A stretch of 64,000 nt of DNA from Camelus dromedarius. Lineage: Eukaryota. Numbering within the stretch: position 1 is the first letter of the stretch; the number at the start of each line of letters is the position of its first letter. The notes under the pieces are model-generated. The model was not told the DNA's origin. It worked only from the letters and a program-made list of their open reading frames with translations, and made no database searches. The position numbers and the translations under genes are program-made. Of this stretch, positions 49,695 to 63,975 are shown one piece after another. Where the stretch lies: assembly GCF_036321535.1 (NCBI RefSeq), contig NC_087437.1, forward strand, positions 106,456,001-106,520,000, read 5' to 3'.

Positions 49695-51303
49695 TTTTCA
49701 TAAACCTTCAAAGACAAGCCTGAAGAAAGAGTATCTTACTCACTAGCAAGTCCTTTCTTTCCTAAACTTCAGTACATCTATTCCACTGGATTTCTGTCTC
49801 CACACATTTTTTTTTTAAATGCAGATTAGTTCTACCATCATTAAATGACCATGAATGCAATACTGCCCTTTCCTTCATGATGGCAATCTCTTTCCTAGGT
49901 TGATAGCTAACATGTATTAACATTTTTAGTACCTAACAACATTAATCTCATGACTACTGGTATTGGAACAGCTGACATAAACGAGGTAGCAAATCTCTAC
50001 TGCAACTTCTATAGCCACAGTAAGAGCTCTTCTCATCAGCCTGGCAACAGGTTGAAAGCAGAACACTTTGGAAGGCCAAATTCAACCAATGGTCAACAAT
50101 GGTTTCAAATACAAAAGAAAACTTCATTATATGTGACAAGGAGATACTTACAATAGCGACTCATTTACACAGTTTGAATTACTATTGCTCTCAATAATAA
50201 TGGCGCTCTTCTATGAATATATTTTCAAGTGACTTCTAACACCATGCTATACTTTGGAACATCCATGGGCAAGTCTTTTCTGGAATTACACATTAGACAT
50301 TAGTAAAACAATTCAGTCAATACACAAGCATTTACAGCCCATTATGCACTCAATATTCAATTCCTTTATGACTATTTATGTGGCACAATGTGTCTGGCAA
50401 AACAGGACTTAATGACAACAATGAATATCCATCTGTTGCATCTTCAAATGTGTAAAGATACCATAACCAGATAGATGGTCTGTGTGTCCTTATTTTTAAT
50501 CTGATGACACATGAGTAGAGGTTAATAAAACGTACAGCTGAAGGAGCTACTATGGTAGGATTATTCTAAAACATATAAACATTCATAATTTGCACTTTAG
50601 CTACCTTCAAAACGTTTATGAAGATGCTATTAAATACTACGATAAAAGACTATGTAAATAATTAAGAAATTAAGGAGAGTGGTTGGGGTCAATAAAATAT
50701 TATACGTATAATGTTTTTATTTCCTTCAGGAATCTTATTGTTAAAGATAACCAAAACATCTAATGAAAGTAAAATCATACCCATTTAAAGTTGCTTGAAT
50801 ATGATCAGCAGTACAATTTTACAAGAGGTAAAAATGTGCCTATCTTAAAAAAAAATGCCTATCTTCACGCAATGTGTGTGTGTGTTTTAAGTCAATATTG
50901 TCATCAACACCAAGGGTATGTATAACGTGTTCACACTGTTTTGGCCAGTTACAAACAAATAATAATTTATGTGTATAAATAAATATATATAGTATACAAC
51001 AAATATATATACAAAAATAATAATAGAAATGGTAGATGAAAATACGACCACTAATAATGTGAATACAAAATCAATCATTTGAGCTACTATATTTATCTGG
51101 TAGTAATAAGTTCATTTCTTTAAAATACTGTGTATTCTGGAGTTTTAACTAATTAAGATTGTTCTTCTAATGTTTTACTCCATACAGGAAATTTGCTACA
51201 ACTTCATTTTCAAATGAGTGAGGCTGTTTTGAAGGAAGGAAAAGATACTGTTCCTTTAGGATCATTTCAAAATAAATTTAGCATCAATAGATCATGAAGA
51301 CTG

Positions 51304-51305
<2 letters not shown>

Positions 51306-51341
<36 letters not shown>
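51306..51341. repeat. (CA)n microsatellite, about 17-18 units
   Basis: Read directly from the sequence. Confidence 0.95.
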
Positions 51342-51344
<3 letters not shown>

Positions 51345-51516
51345 GCTTCAGCTCAGTGGAATAATTCCACCCTTTTCCATTTACACATAAACATAGAAAA
51401 CATTGAAAATATTACTATGTAAACATGGAAGGTGAAAAAGGAAGCCGAAGTTAGTTCTTACTTGGGAAAGATTTTGTTTACCCTCTATCTCTAATCAAAA
51501 GAAATAGCTCTGAGTA

Positions 51517-52066
51517 CAGTCACCCCTCAGTATCTGCAAGGGATCAGCTCCAGGACATCCCCCCCACTAGGATACCAAAATCTGTGGATGCTCAAGTCCC
51601 TTATGTAAAATGACATTGTTGGATTGACCCTCGAACATCAGGGATTTGAACAGCAAGGGTCCACGAATAAGCGGGTTTCTTTCATTAAATGCATACTACA
51701 TGATCCAAGGTTGGTTGGAACCGAGTATAAAGAGATACTGGGATTTTCCACTGCACAGACGGTCTGTGCCTCTAGCCCCTACCACCCACCGCCAAGTTGT
51801 TCAAGGGTCTACTGTATTTGCACATAACCTGCGCACATCCTCTAGTATTCTTTAAATCATCTCCAGATTTCTTATAATACCTAATACCATGTAAATAGCT
51901 GTAAACACACGCAAATGTTATGCAGATAGTTGCTGGTGCACAGCAAACTCAAAATTTTGTTCTTATTTTGGAACTTTCTTTAAAAATAAAACCTTTATGT
52001 GAATGTTTTCGATTTGTGGTTAGTTGAATCATTGGAGGCAGAATCCGTGGAATGGAGGGCCAACTG
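51517..52066. mobile_element. MER2-like Tigger MITE with a nested MER8/Tigger2-like MITE (~51621-51814)
   Basis: TA|cagtcacccctcagtatc...ggataccaaaatctgtggatgctcaagtccc. The inner element has TIRs ttgaccctcgaaca / tgttcaagggtc. The outer element resumes tatttgcacataacc and ends ggagggccaactg. Confidence 0.75.
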
Positions 52067-52604
52067 CATTTGGAAATTATTTTCTATATGATTGACTTTT
52101 TTCTGAAACAAACACCGGGCTATTAAAATTTTGCTAAGTTCTTTGTGATAGGGTCTTGGTATTAATTTAGACTGAGAGGGAAAAACCTCATGTACTCCTA
52201 TTTCGGGGCTCCTAGAAGCCAACTTACACATAACTAACTTCAAAATAAAGTTCCAGCATGACAATTTATTGTCACCAGGGATTTAATAGGCCACACGGCT
52301 CAAGTACAGAGACCTTTTTGTGCATAATACGCTGTTAAGTGGGTCTTGAGGCCAAAAGGAAAAACAAAAAAATAAATACATAATTTTAAGGGCCACCTAG
52401 ACGTGAACAATGGTGAATCCCTTCAAAACTAGGGGGTTCTGCATTGAAGATAACAATATCCCGATGTTGGGTTCAACAAAGAATTTATGTTAAGGGTTAC
52501 CACCGCCAGAAACCTGTTATAATCATAAGGACCTGTATTTTCTTCCTCTTCTCCTACTATTTTATAATCCAGGAGATTTGGACAGTTTAATTAAAACACA
52601 TTGG

Positions 52605-54001
52605 GGAGATACATACCCAGGAGTGGAACTGCTGGGTCATATGGTAGCTTTCTTTTTGGTTTTTTGAGAAACCTCTATACTGTTTTCCACAGTGGCTGCA
52701 CCGACTTACATTCCCATCAACAGTGTACGAGGGTTCCCTTTTTATCGTATCCTCGACAACATTTGTTATTTGTGTTCTTTTTGGTGCTAACCATTCTGAC
52801 AGGTGTGAGCTGAAACCTCATTGTGGTTTTGATTTATATTTCCCAGAAGGTTAGCAATGTTGAGTATGTTTCATGTGCCTACAGGTCATCTGCATCTCCT
52901 CTTTGGAAAAATGTCTATTCCGTTCTTCTGTCTGTTTTTTAATCAAGTTGTTTGTTTTCTGAAGTTGAGTTGTACGAGATGTTTACAAATGTTGGATATT
53001 AATCCCTTATCAGTCCATATCATTTGCAAATATTTTCTCCCATTCAGTAGGTTGGCTTTTCATTTTGTTGATGGTTCCCTTTGCTATGCAAAAGCTTTTA
53101 AGTTTAATTAGGTCCCTTCTGTTTATTTTTGCTTTTATTTTCTTTACTTTAGGAGATAGATCCAAAAAAAAAAAAAACATTGCTGTGATTTATATCAAAG
53201 AGTATTCTATGTGTTCCTCTAGGATTTTCATTGTATCTGGTCTTACATTTAGATCTTTAATCCATTTTCAGTTTATTTTTGTACATGGTGTTAGAGAATG
53301 TTCTGGTTTCATTCTTTTGCAGGTAGCTGTCCAGTCTTCCCAGCACCACTTATTAAAGAGACTATCTTTTCTCCATCATGTATTTTTGTCTCCTTTGTCG
53401 TAGATGAACTGACCCTAAGTGAGTGGGTTTATGTCTGGGCTGCCTATTCTTTTCCATTGATCTATCTGCCTGTTTTTGTGCCGGTATCATACTGTTTTGA
53501 TCACCAATATGAAAAGATACATGCACCCGAATGTTCACAGCAGTATTATTTACAATTGCCAAGATATGGAAACAACTTAAGTGTCCTTCAACAGATGAAG
53601 GGATAAAGCAGATGTGGTATATATATATACAATGGAATATTACTCAGCCATAGAAAAGAATGAAATTTTGCCATTTGCAGCAACATGGATGAACGTGAAG
53701 AAAGTCAGATGGAGAAAGACAAATACTGTATGATCTCACTTATATGTGGAAAATACAACAATCTAGTGAATATAACAAAAAAGAAGCAGACCTACAGATA
53801 TAAAGAACAAACTAGTGGTTACCAGTTTGGTGGGGAGAGGCATTACAGGGGTCCAGGAGTGGGAGGCACAAACTACTGGGTGTAAAATAGGCTCAAGGAT
53901 GTGTTTTACAACATGGGGAAGACAGCCAATATTTTGTAATAACTGTAAGTGGAGAGCAACTTTTAAAAATTGTATAAAAATTAAAAAAATTAAATCTTAA
54001 A
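52605..54001 (+). mobile_element. 1.4-kb L1 with a 5' inversion (end of ORF2 inverted, 3' UTR in sense)
   Basis: 52605-~53500 is antisense ORF2 3' region; ~53501-54001 is sense and ends in an A-rich tail. TSD aaaacacattgg / aaaagacattgg. Confidence 0.85.
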
Positions 54002-57000
54002 AAAAGACATTGGAGAGGATAAAGAGAGACCTTCCATGCCCCAATGGTGTACATTCTCAGCACAGAATAATCCCACCATCCAAATAACTTTTACAAATGA
54101 ATCATTCCCCAGTACTTCTCATTCAGCGATATCCGGTTACTAGGGCAGCTGGCACCATTAAGTCCCAGTAAGCACAGTGATCACTGCCAGATGTAGCTGG
54201 GATGGCAGCAACCCAACCCTGAACTTCAAAGCCATCTCCTCTTCCAGCCATCACCTGCTTAGAAACCAAAACAAACCTCACTGGTCTGGCCACACATCTA
54301 TAATCTGGTTAAGGCTATTACAGTGTTTTGTTTTTCTTTTTGACATACATGTGGTCCAAGCTTATTAAATACAGAGATTCAGCATTTTTAATAAGACCTC
54401 AGAGCTGGCAGCCAGTTCCCTCAAGAGAAAATGCAAGCTTCTGCTTCTCTCCTATTCATCATTTTCAAATTAGTTCCCGTAATTCAGTACAAGACTCAGT
54501 GATACAGTTACAGCCTAAAACAGGGCTGGATGCTGCCAACCCAGTGCTGTGACAGTTATTTCTCAAAGCCATAAACTGTTTCATCAAATCTGGTCTTTCT
54601 TGACTCATCCACTGGCAAAGATTTCAGGCTGTAATTTATCATTTGCATGATTCACTTTGTAACCCTCCTCCGTGGTTGTTAGTTTTCCCCTTTAAGGATT
54701 TATTATCTCTTTTTTCAAAATGCAAGGCAGAAGAGCAGCTGAAAGATTACATATTCAAAGAATTTTAACTCCAGAGGTCCAAACAGGATATAAAACCAAA
54801 GGAAGCCCCCCACCTCCTCTCTCAGAATCAATTTTAAAGGCAGAGACCCACCAATAGACGCAAATTCTCACACCAGCCTGAGATGAGGTAGGGCTATGTA
54901 TGTTTCCGCATCCTGGGCTAACTGGAAGACAACAGGGGCATAACTTGCTGCATGATTCAATGACAAGTTTTCACAAACCACAAATAATGTGTTTGTGAAA
55001 TGTACCCTCCACACTACCATCTGGTGATTATTTTCTGAAAAAAGTTCTTGGAGCACACAGACCATAATAATTAAATTGACCTTCAACTATACCCAGCACT
55101 GAGTCACCCATAAATTGAGCCTTAACAGAAGCTTTTCATGTAGACTGCAGTTGTGATCACGATCAAGACTTTATCTCTTATGTTAAGCATCAGCTTGTGT
55201 TGGTCTCTGCTCAAATTTCTGAGGAATGACTGGAAATGGGCTACATCCAGTATTTTTGCAGCCCTTTGTTTCTGGGACAAAGGTGAGCCCCACTTTTCTA
55301 GAAGGCTTAATAAATGGATTTTAAAAAGCTCATAATCGTGCTCATGTAAAGGGTACCAAAAAACGCTCTCAATAGTTGTGGCCATGTCAACGTATTCATT
55401 ATGCCACAAGTTCTTATCGAAAATGTTGATCAAGACACCATAAAACCAGATTTGTGTTACTTACACTAGAACTCCATCAATAGCGTTAAATGAAGCCATG
55501 GACACAACTGTCCTCAATTCAGAGTCAGCTTACCGTCATTATGTTTTATACTTTGACATGTTATGTTGGGTTGGGGTTGGTTACTGGATTATCATTTCCT
55601 CTCCATAAATAGTTAGCTTTTAACATGATGGGCTCACAAGCTGTATTATTAGCTCCATCTCTATCTTATTTGATTTGAATAATGTGACCAACTCAACCAA
55701 AAACAACAATAACAACATTAAAATGCCCTAGCTATTGACTAAAGGGAGATGCAATTTTCATGTATATTTCTCTCTGCTCACAACAATCCCATCCTTTACA
55801 AAAAAAGATGTATCACTGTGGGACATTTTACGGAGAAATAAGAATAAGTTGCTTTTCTTTCCTTTTTAGGAGAATCAGATTGAACAGACCTGTACTAACA
55901 TAAGAGTAGGGTCTATAAATTCTCTGTCCCTCCACTCATCTCACCAATCCCCCTAAAAAATAAATAAAAGGCAAGAACTTGAAGAGAAATAGCTTGCTCT
56001 TTTTAGGTAACCTAGGTCAAAGTGATGTTTCTCAAGTAGAATAAGTTAGCCCTCTGCAGATGTTGGCCTTTTTTTTAAGCATGCGTCACAATGCATATAT
56101 ATATTTTTTTTCTCACATTTCCTATCAGTATTAAACTAATCTAAAGCTTTAGACTCTATCTCCACCTGACTTTCCCCACCGATGGCTCACAACTAGGGCA
56201 GATTAAACAACACGGGATCAACTTACACGATACTATCAGTAAAAGTCAAACATTTTTAACTTCTCTCAAATATATATGAGTTATTCAATCAAAATTATTT
56301 ATTGCTCTGAAACTTTTTTTGATCAAAAGTAAATAAATTAATCATTTTAAAGTTGTGATTTATATGTGCTCATCAGATGGAATGGAAGAAATGTGGTTGA
56401 ATGAGAAAAGTGCTGATTATTAATCACATTTCATTAATGTGGAATTAATGGAATGAGTATCTACGCAAGGGTTCTGCTGAATCTGACACTTGAAATACCT
56501 GTAATATTTACTTTGCAGAAGAAGAAGAAAAAAAAGCTAAACCCTCAAGTATAGATATATCAACACGAATCTATTCCTAGTTTTGAAAAAGCCAAAGTAA
56601 GGTTCATTAAATCACTGTATAAAAAAACTAATGTTAAAAAGCTGTGAACATTAAACACGTTAACATGCAAGGTGTCTGGACAGTGGATTGTGTGTGGCAA
56701 GATTACATCATATCTATTATTACTACTCATGCACAGACTAGGATACAAGAAGGCAATAAAATTGAGACCATGTCCTCATGACACTCATAGTCTAGAAAAG
56801 CCTGAAAGCTTGATGGTCTGAGGAAGGGGACAAGTTATTAATAACAATAAAAATCCAGTACTGGTGAGTATGCTATGACAAAATAAATTCACCCACTGTC
56901 AACACCTCACTGCAAATGGGCATAAGCATTTTTAGATACATTTTAAGTGCTGTCAAAACATTCATATCTTTTAACCCAGCTGTCCTATTTCTGGAAAACT

Positions 57001-57777
57001 GCTTTAAAGCAATTATTATATAACACGGGGGGGAAAATCTAGACTCAGTAAGGAATTCAGAAGCTTAGCTTCTATAATGTAAAAAAAACGGAGCCAAAAA
57101 AGTCTGACATGATGACACAGATGAACAAATTTTGAAGAAATATGCATAATTAAAGGGGACAAATATGGAAATTATGAATATATTTTTACATATTTAAAAT
57201 ATTGTTTTAAAAATGAAAACATTATCATTTAAACAAACACAGCTAAATAAAAACAAAAGTAAGAACAAATCGAAACATAAAACTTACAATAAGGTCAAAT
57301 TACAGGTGATTTTCCTTGACCCAAATTCTTCTGAAAAATTATTATACTTTAAATATTTTTCTAATTAGATGTAAGGAAAAAATATTTTAAGTGAAGATGG
57401 TTTTCCAGGCCTCCACATACATCAAATATTTCACTACATGGTCATTTTGCCCCAGAAAATACGCTAATTTTTAGTGTAGTAAAAATGGACAGTAGTGATA
57501 CTAATGGAAGGAAAAACATAATCGACATAAGAATTAGACGTTAATTCTTAATCATCCACTGTATTTGAGCACATTTTAAGCTCTGGATGCAGTTATGATT
57601 GGAAGGTTTATTTTGATCTCAAACATTTCCATCTGCACAAAAGCTGCGTTCAAGAGGCAGACTCCTCCTGGTGTGTTTGCTTTTCTGTCCACAGGAGATC
57701 AGGGCGAGACAACAGCTTGGAATGGAAATTAAAAAATAATAATAATAATAATTTCCCTAGCTTTCCAGTACTCCAAA

Positions 57778-57976
57778 CCACTTTCTCAACCTCGGCTCTA
57801 CTGTTGTTTCTTTGTCGTGGCTGTCCTATGTATTACGGGATGTTTGGCACTGTCCCTGGTCTCTACCCACCAAATGCCAGGCGCATCCATCCCCCTAATT
57901 GCAACAATTAAAAATGTCTGTGGACATTTCCAAAGGTCCCTTGGGCACCAAGATTGCCCCCAGTTGAGAACCACTG
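57778..57976. mobile_element. MER20-like element (opposite orientation to the other two)
   Basis: tttctcaacctcggc...ggctgtcctatgtatt...ctctacccaccaaatgccag...aaaaatgtct...gttgagaaccactg. Confidence 0.8.
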
Positions 57977-60900
57977 CTCTAAACTGATCTTTGTTTACTC
58001 ATTTTAAAAATCACACAATGCTTGCCAACAGCTAATGGAGCTGAGCTGGTCTCATGACTGTAACTGGTACTTCCTGAAATTTCTGCCTACTGTTATTTTT
58101 AATAAAGAGCTCTAATTTGACACTAGGGAACAAAAAATGCTTGCTGGTTCAAATAAGAAAGCCACTCTAAGAATGGATTTTTATCCAAAAGTTCAAATAA
58201 AGATGAATCTTACCTTCATTGATAACTCCAATTTAATTTCACTGTATTCTATTTTATTTTGTTTTTTGAAGCAATGGAAAGATATTCAAGTAGTAACCAC
58301 AGTAAAGGTGTTTGCTGGCTGTTATAAATATTCCTAAGGCCCTAGCATTTTTTCCCCCAATATTTCCAGCCTTAGAGACTCCTGATGCAATTTCTCTTAA
58401 TCACTGCATGCCTGGAATGATATTCTTTAGTAGATTTTGCTTTAAAGCCTGATTAGCTTAATCTTGAGTTACCAATTACGTCTGCGTGTGCATTTAACAT
58501 GAATGCCAATTCAATTAACTCAAATATTTGCTGACCACCTAGCTTGTAGAAAATTAGGTCAAGTATTTAACCAAGTCACACAGGCCTCATAACAAACGTA
58601 AATTCCTGATAAGCAGGATGGGCTATTAACCCTTAGAATACCACCAGGATCCCCTGGACACGATTTTACATTTTTTTCTCACTTTTGAGCAGCTCTGTCT
58701 ACTTATAAGGATCAATACTTCTGATTTTTACACTTTCTTAAAAGTTTCTTATTTCATTTTTAAAAAATGGAATAAAAATCATTGTGCCTTATAAATACCA
58801 TATCAGTAACTGGAATTTTTTTTATACCTAAGACATTTTTCTGCAATTTTCCTATTTTTATCATCCCAATAATTATTTCATCATTACTCATTAACTATTG
58901 CCAACTGTGCTAAGGAAGACCAAATACAGGAAAATAAAAGAACAAAAGAATTGCCTAGAAGGATGATGCAATAGGGGAATTATCACAGTTTTATTACTGT
59001 GTTTCCAAAATATTGCATCATTTTTCAAGAAGGAAAAAAGAAGTCTAGAGACTTTCACTGAATACAAGTGAAAATCAAAAATGTTCATTTTTCCACATTG
59101 GCAAATAGGAGAAAATTGACAGGAGATATTTCACAATTATTAAACAAATCAGAAAAATGAATGAAATTGCCCCCATCAGCGAAACCTTAGACCATGACTC
59201 TTCAGATGATGCTGTCCCAGATGAATTTTCTCAAGCTCAAGAACTGCAAAGTGAGCAATGTATTTCTAAGGACAAAAAGAAAACATGGTCTTCTCATCCA
59301 CTTAGTCATTTTACAGGAAGGACGGCATTATCCAGTATTTTGCAACAGAAACAGAAATTATTGCTAAAATTGCTTAAAAAAATGTGTGACAGTATTCTTT
59401 GTCCTTTGTAATGTGTGCAACACATTGTATGATGTTTGTACAGCAGGATATTTTTGATACAGCTCAGAAGTAGACAAATCCCAAATGGGATGAGGGGTTA
59501 AGAACCAATGTAAAGTGAACTTAAAAAAGGACTGGATGGATGATTCTCATGGGTGTTTATTAACCCAAACTTGAAAATATTTTGCAATTATGGACAGAAG
59601 TTGGCTGTTCTCTCTGCAACAAAATTATGAGCTCTTTAAGTTTTAGAAGTATTGATTTTTAAAAAATAATTATCCAGTGAAAATGCAAGTGTAAGAAAAC
59701 AACCAAGAAGTACAACAGGCTAGACCCGAACAGAGATGTATCTGAACCTGGAATCACTATTTACAAGATGGATACAGGTCAGGTTCATGCATGGCAGGTG
59801 ATCAGCCGCCAGTTTTAGTCAAAGGATTCTGCCCATTTCAGAAATCTTTACCTTCAAAACCAGGAAAAGCTGAAATAAAAATCTGGCTCTACTGTATTTA
59901 CATTTTAATTCAAAGTAAATAATTACTATATTAATTCTTACTAAAATGTCTAAATGAAGTTATTTCTCACTATCCCTTTATTCTCGCTTTTGTAAATCAT
60001 TTGTAAAATAATTTTAAAATATAAAAATTATAATTATAATAAGGGACCGCTATACCCAGATAGTCAATGGTGTTGCACTGACTTTTCTAATACAGAGCAG
60101 GGCAAGGCGATCACCAGAACGGATTCCACCGACTGGGCTCAGTGAGGATGGGAAGGTATATGTGTTCCCTCGTGCACACACATGCATGTACATGTGCCCA
60201 CGTGGGTGCACACACACACACACACAAACTGCTGAGGAAACTTTTATCAACTAAAGAAGACTCCTGAGCTTCAAAATATAGCCTTAGAGAAGGGCCTGGT
60301 GAGACGCAGTCACAAGCAATCACTCATCTGGCTCTAACTTAATGGCTTTTTTTTTTAATTAAACGGAAAAAGAAAAAAAAATCATCTAATTATCCAGGAA
60401 GATATATGAGGTTATCTGTCAGCACATTCTCACTCATGTCAGCAGCTCTAAAAATAAGAAACTATATCATTTGAGATTCTGGTTTGAAAAACAAAATCTA
60501 AGGACATTCTCCCAAGAGGAAAGCTGTTACAAATGAATTAGAAGGTCTTCCTTCAAGTAATTTGCTCTACAAATTCACCAACCCCTGTGGACTCCATGGT
60601 TTCGGTCAGATTCTATAGTTCCAGGTGAAAGCAAACTTCATGCTCCAGATCCTCCCTCTCAGGATCAGACTGGGTATGAGGTTGGTCTTACATGTTAGTT
60701 TTCCAAGTGAATTTTCCCATCGAAAAATTCTTACCCAAGATGGCTGGAAATATGTATACTGTTAACGTAAGTAAGCCGCATTACCGACCCCATAAATAGG
60801 TATTTTGAGGTGGCCTGAGAACTTAATCACTACAACACTGGAGAAATAAATACTGAGTCACTTACAAATAAATTTGGGGAACAATAACTGATTTGTTTAT

Positions 60901-61547
60901 ATTTAATCTTTTGAAAGACTTACCTCTTTTTCAATAAGGTCACAAAACAGAGCTCATCCCACAAAGAATGTTTCTCTAAATGCCTCATTAAGCAATAGGA
61001 GAACACTCCCCTTCTACCAAAACAAATCTCACTACCTACCAATCAGCAAAGTACATTAAACTGTGGATCAAATTTCTTTTGGAGGACCAGAGTTCTCCTT
61101 CCTTTTCTTCTCTTCAATAACTGTCATATAGTGTCCCCTAAGGACTTTTCAAGTAGGATGTATTTAATTCCTATTCCTGTTCTGCATTTCAAGTATCACA
61201 GGAGGGCTGGAGCCCGGAACTAGGCAGCCGCCAGCTGGTAGAAGCCCAGCCAGTGTGTGGGTCAGTGATGCATTACCTCTCTCCCTTTGCCCCCCGGGCT
61301 TTGCCAGACGAGCGTGAAGGCATGCCTGCCTGCAGGGCTGACAGAAAAACACGGTCCAAAATGAAGTGATGCAAGTGACCTGATATCCTAGTTACAATGA
61401 GTTCAAAACAATTCTTTTAAATCTTAAAAACATCAACACTTTTTACAAAAACAGTAAAAATTCAGAGCTCAACCTTAGAATATATTACTACATACATAAA
61501 CCTTTCATTTGAATGGAAAATAAAGTGATTAGAAAATTTAAGTATCT

Positions 61548-62103
61548 ACAGTGTCTAATACCATGACCAGCCACGTGTGACTACTGAGCACTTGAAATGT
61601 GGCAAGTGAGAATGAGCTGCCCGTAAGTGTAAAGTATGTGCTAGCTCTGAAGGCCTTGGATGAAAGAAACAAATGAAAGATTGCGAAATATGTCACTGGT
61701 AACTTTTCATATTGGTTACACATTGAAATAATAATACCTTGAATATATTAAGTAAATTAAATTTTAATTAAAACACTTGTTATTTTAATTAAATCAATTA
61801 AATAAAAATGTTGTTAAAATTAATTCACCTGTTTCTTTCTACTATTTTAAAAGTGGCTATTAGAAAGTGTAAAAAAATACATTACGTGGGGGAGGGTATA
61901 GTTCAGTGGTAGACTGCATACGTAGCAGGCACGAGGTCCTGGGTTCATCCCCAGTATCTCCATTAAATAAATAAGTAAACCTAATCACTACCCTGCTCCC
62001 TGCAGCCCCTAAAAAAACCCAACAAAACAAAACAAACAAACAAACAAAAAGAATTACAAAATACATTATGTGGCTCACATTTTATTTCTATGGGATAGAT
62101 CTG
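61548..62103. mobile_element. MER33-like hAT-Charlie element interrupted by a SINE
   Basis: agccacgtgtgactactgagcacttgaaatgtggc...taagtgtaaa...attgaaataataata...aattcacctgtttc...atgtggctcacatt. Confidence 0.75.
61888..62057 (+). mobile_element. Vic-1-like SINE nested in the MER33-like element
   Basis: ggggagggtatagttcagtggtag...cacgaggtcctgggttcatccccagtatctcca. TSD aaaatacattacgtgg / aaaatacattatgtgg. Confidence 0.85.
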
Positions 62104-63046
62104 AGCTAAAACACAAGAGATTCTGTAACATCCATTTATGGATCACATAGTCTTTACCAAAAGCTTTAAAATTTTTTTCTCAAATAAAAAATTCAATTTG
62201 GCCAATATTTCTTGAAGACTAATGAAACATATCCATGCTAGTTTGAATTCTAGCACATAAAAGGAGAAATGGCTACAGTTAATTGGAAAATAAGTCATAG
62301 TATAAATAAAAGAATACAGACGAAAAGCAAGGGCAGGAGAGGAAAGTGAAGTATTTCAAGGGGTAGTCAGAGAAGACTTGTAAAAGACGTACCTTTTCTG
62401 GTGAACGGTAAAAATTACATAAGATTTTACAGGTCCTGACAAGATACAGCACTTTAGAACTGACAAATATCTTGGTGGTTCCTTAACACCATTTGACAAA
62501 AATGGAAATACATTTTCAAAACGGGCAGAGAGGTGAGAACAAAAGAGAGAAAGAAATGGCCAAGGGTTTGGGGGTTTCAGTAGACAAGGTGAGGCATATG
62601 TGCAAGGCTGAAATGCAGGCTAGGGCCATGGAATAAGAGTTCTAAATGCCCTGCCTAGGAATCTGGACTTTTCTATAGGCTGCAGGAACCATCAACTATT
62701 TCCCACCAGTGTCAACAGGATTGAAAATGCACAACAGAAACATTACTAAGGCGTGGAGAATTCTCTGGGAAGAGAGCAACAAAGACTTGTGGGCAGGTAG
62801 AATGAATTCCAAGTCATGGGAATAGAAGTCAAGGTATGAATGAATCCTTTAAGAACACAAAATGCCCAGGGTAACAGAAGAACGTGAGGCACTGATGTAG
62901 TCGGGAGTTAAGAAGTTAGTCAAGCAGGAGGTAAATGATGATCTGAACTCAGGTGGTGGCAGTTCAGCAAAACAGCAGCAGGTAGAGGTGAAGGAGCGAA
63001 AGACAAGGGAGACTGAAAATAAAAGGATGGGTTGTGTGGGTGGGAG

Positions 63047-63975
63047 AATAAGCACATGAAGAGATACTCCACATTATATGTCATCAGGGAAATGCAAATC
63101 AAAACAATGAGATACCGTTACACATCTGCTAGAATGGCCAAGATCCAGAACACTGATAACGCCAAATACTAGGGGTGAAATGGAGCAACAGGAACTCTCA
63201 TTCACTGTTGGCGGGAAGGCAAAATGGTACAGCCACTTGGAAGATAGTCTGTTGGTTTCTTATAAAACTAAACATACTGTTACCATGTGCTTCAGCAACT
63301 GAGCCCCTTCTATTTACCTAAAGGAACTGAAAATTTAGATTCACACAAAACCCTGCACACAGATGTTCACTCATAATTGCCAAAACTCAGCAACAACCAA
63401 GATGTCCCTCAGTAGGTGAATGGATAAATAAACTTTTTATACCTAGACAATGAAATATTACTCATCACTAAAAAGAAACAAGCTGTCAAGCCTGAAAAGA
63501 CATGGAAGAACCTTAAATGCATATTAGTAAGTAGAAGAACCCAAACAGACAACACTACACACTGTATGAGTCCAACTATATGATAATCTGGAAAAGGCAA
63601 AACTATGAAGACAACAAAAAGATGAGTGGTTGCCAGGAGTTGGGAGGGTGGGAGAAATGAATAGGAGGAACACAGAGGAGTTTTAGTGAAAACACTCTGT
63701 ATGACATTTGTAACGATGGATAGATGTCATTATATGTTTGTCCAAACTCACAGAATATACATCAGAAGTGAACCCCAATGTAAACTATGGACTGTGGATG
63801 GTAAAGATGTGTTAATGCAGGTTAATCAGCTGAAACAGATACACCACTCCGGTGGGGGATGCTGATGACGGGGAAGGCTATGCATGTGTGGGAGAGAAGG
63901 GGTATATGAAAAATCTCTGTACGTGCTGTCCAGTTTTGCTGTAAATCCAAAACTACTCTAAAAAATAATCTTGAA
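63047..63975 (+). mobile_element. L1MC1-like 3' fragment (~0.9 kb)
   Basis: gtcatcagggaaatgcaaatcaaaacaatgagatacc...ggagcaacaggaactctcattcactg...ctggaaaaggcaaaactatg...gtgaaccccaatgtaaactatggact. Confidence 0.85.

Noticed and set aside
52601..53606. ORFs over the L1 fragment
   Set aside because: Antisense or frameshifted remnants of L1 ORF2; no intact retrotransposon gene.
57670..57720. Acceptor-like tgtttgcttttctgtccacag|G on the + strand (possible antisense exon)
   Set aside because: No matching donor or coherent exon; isolated splice-like motifs are expected by chance.
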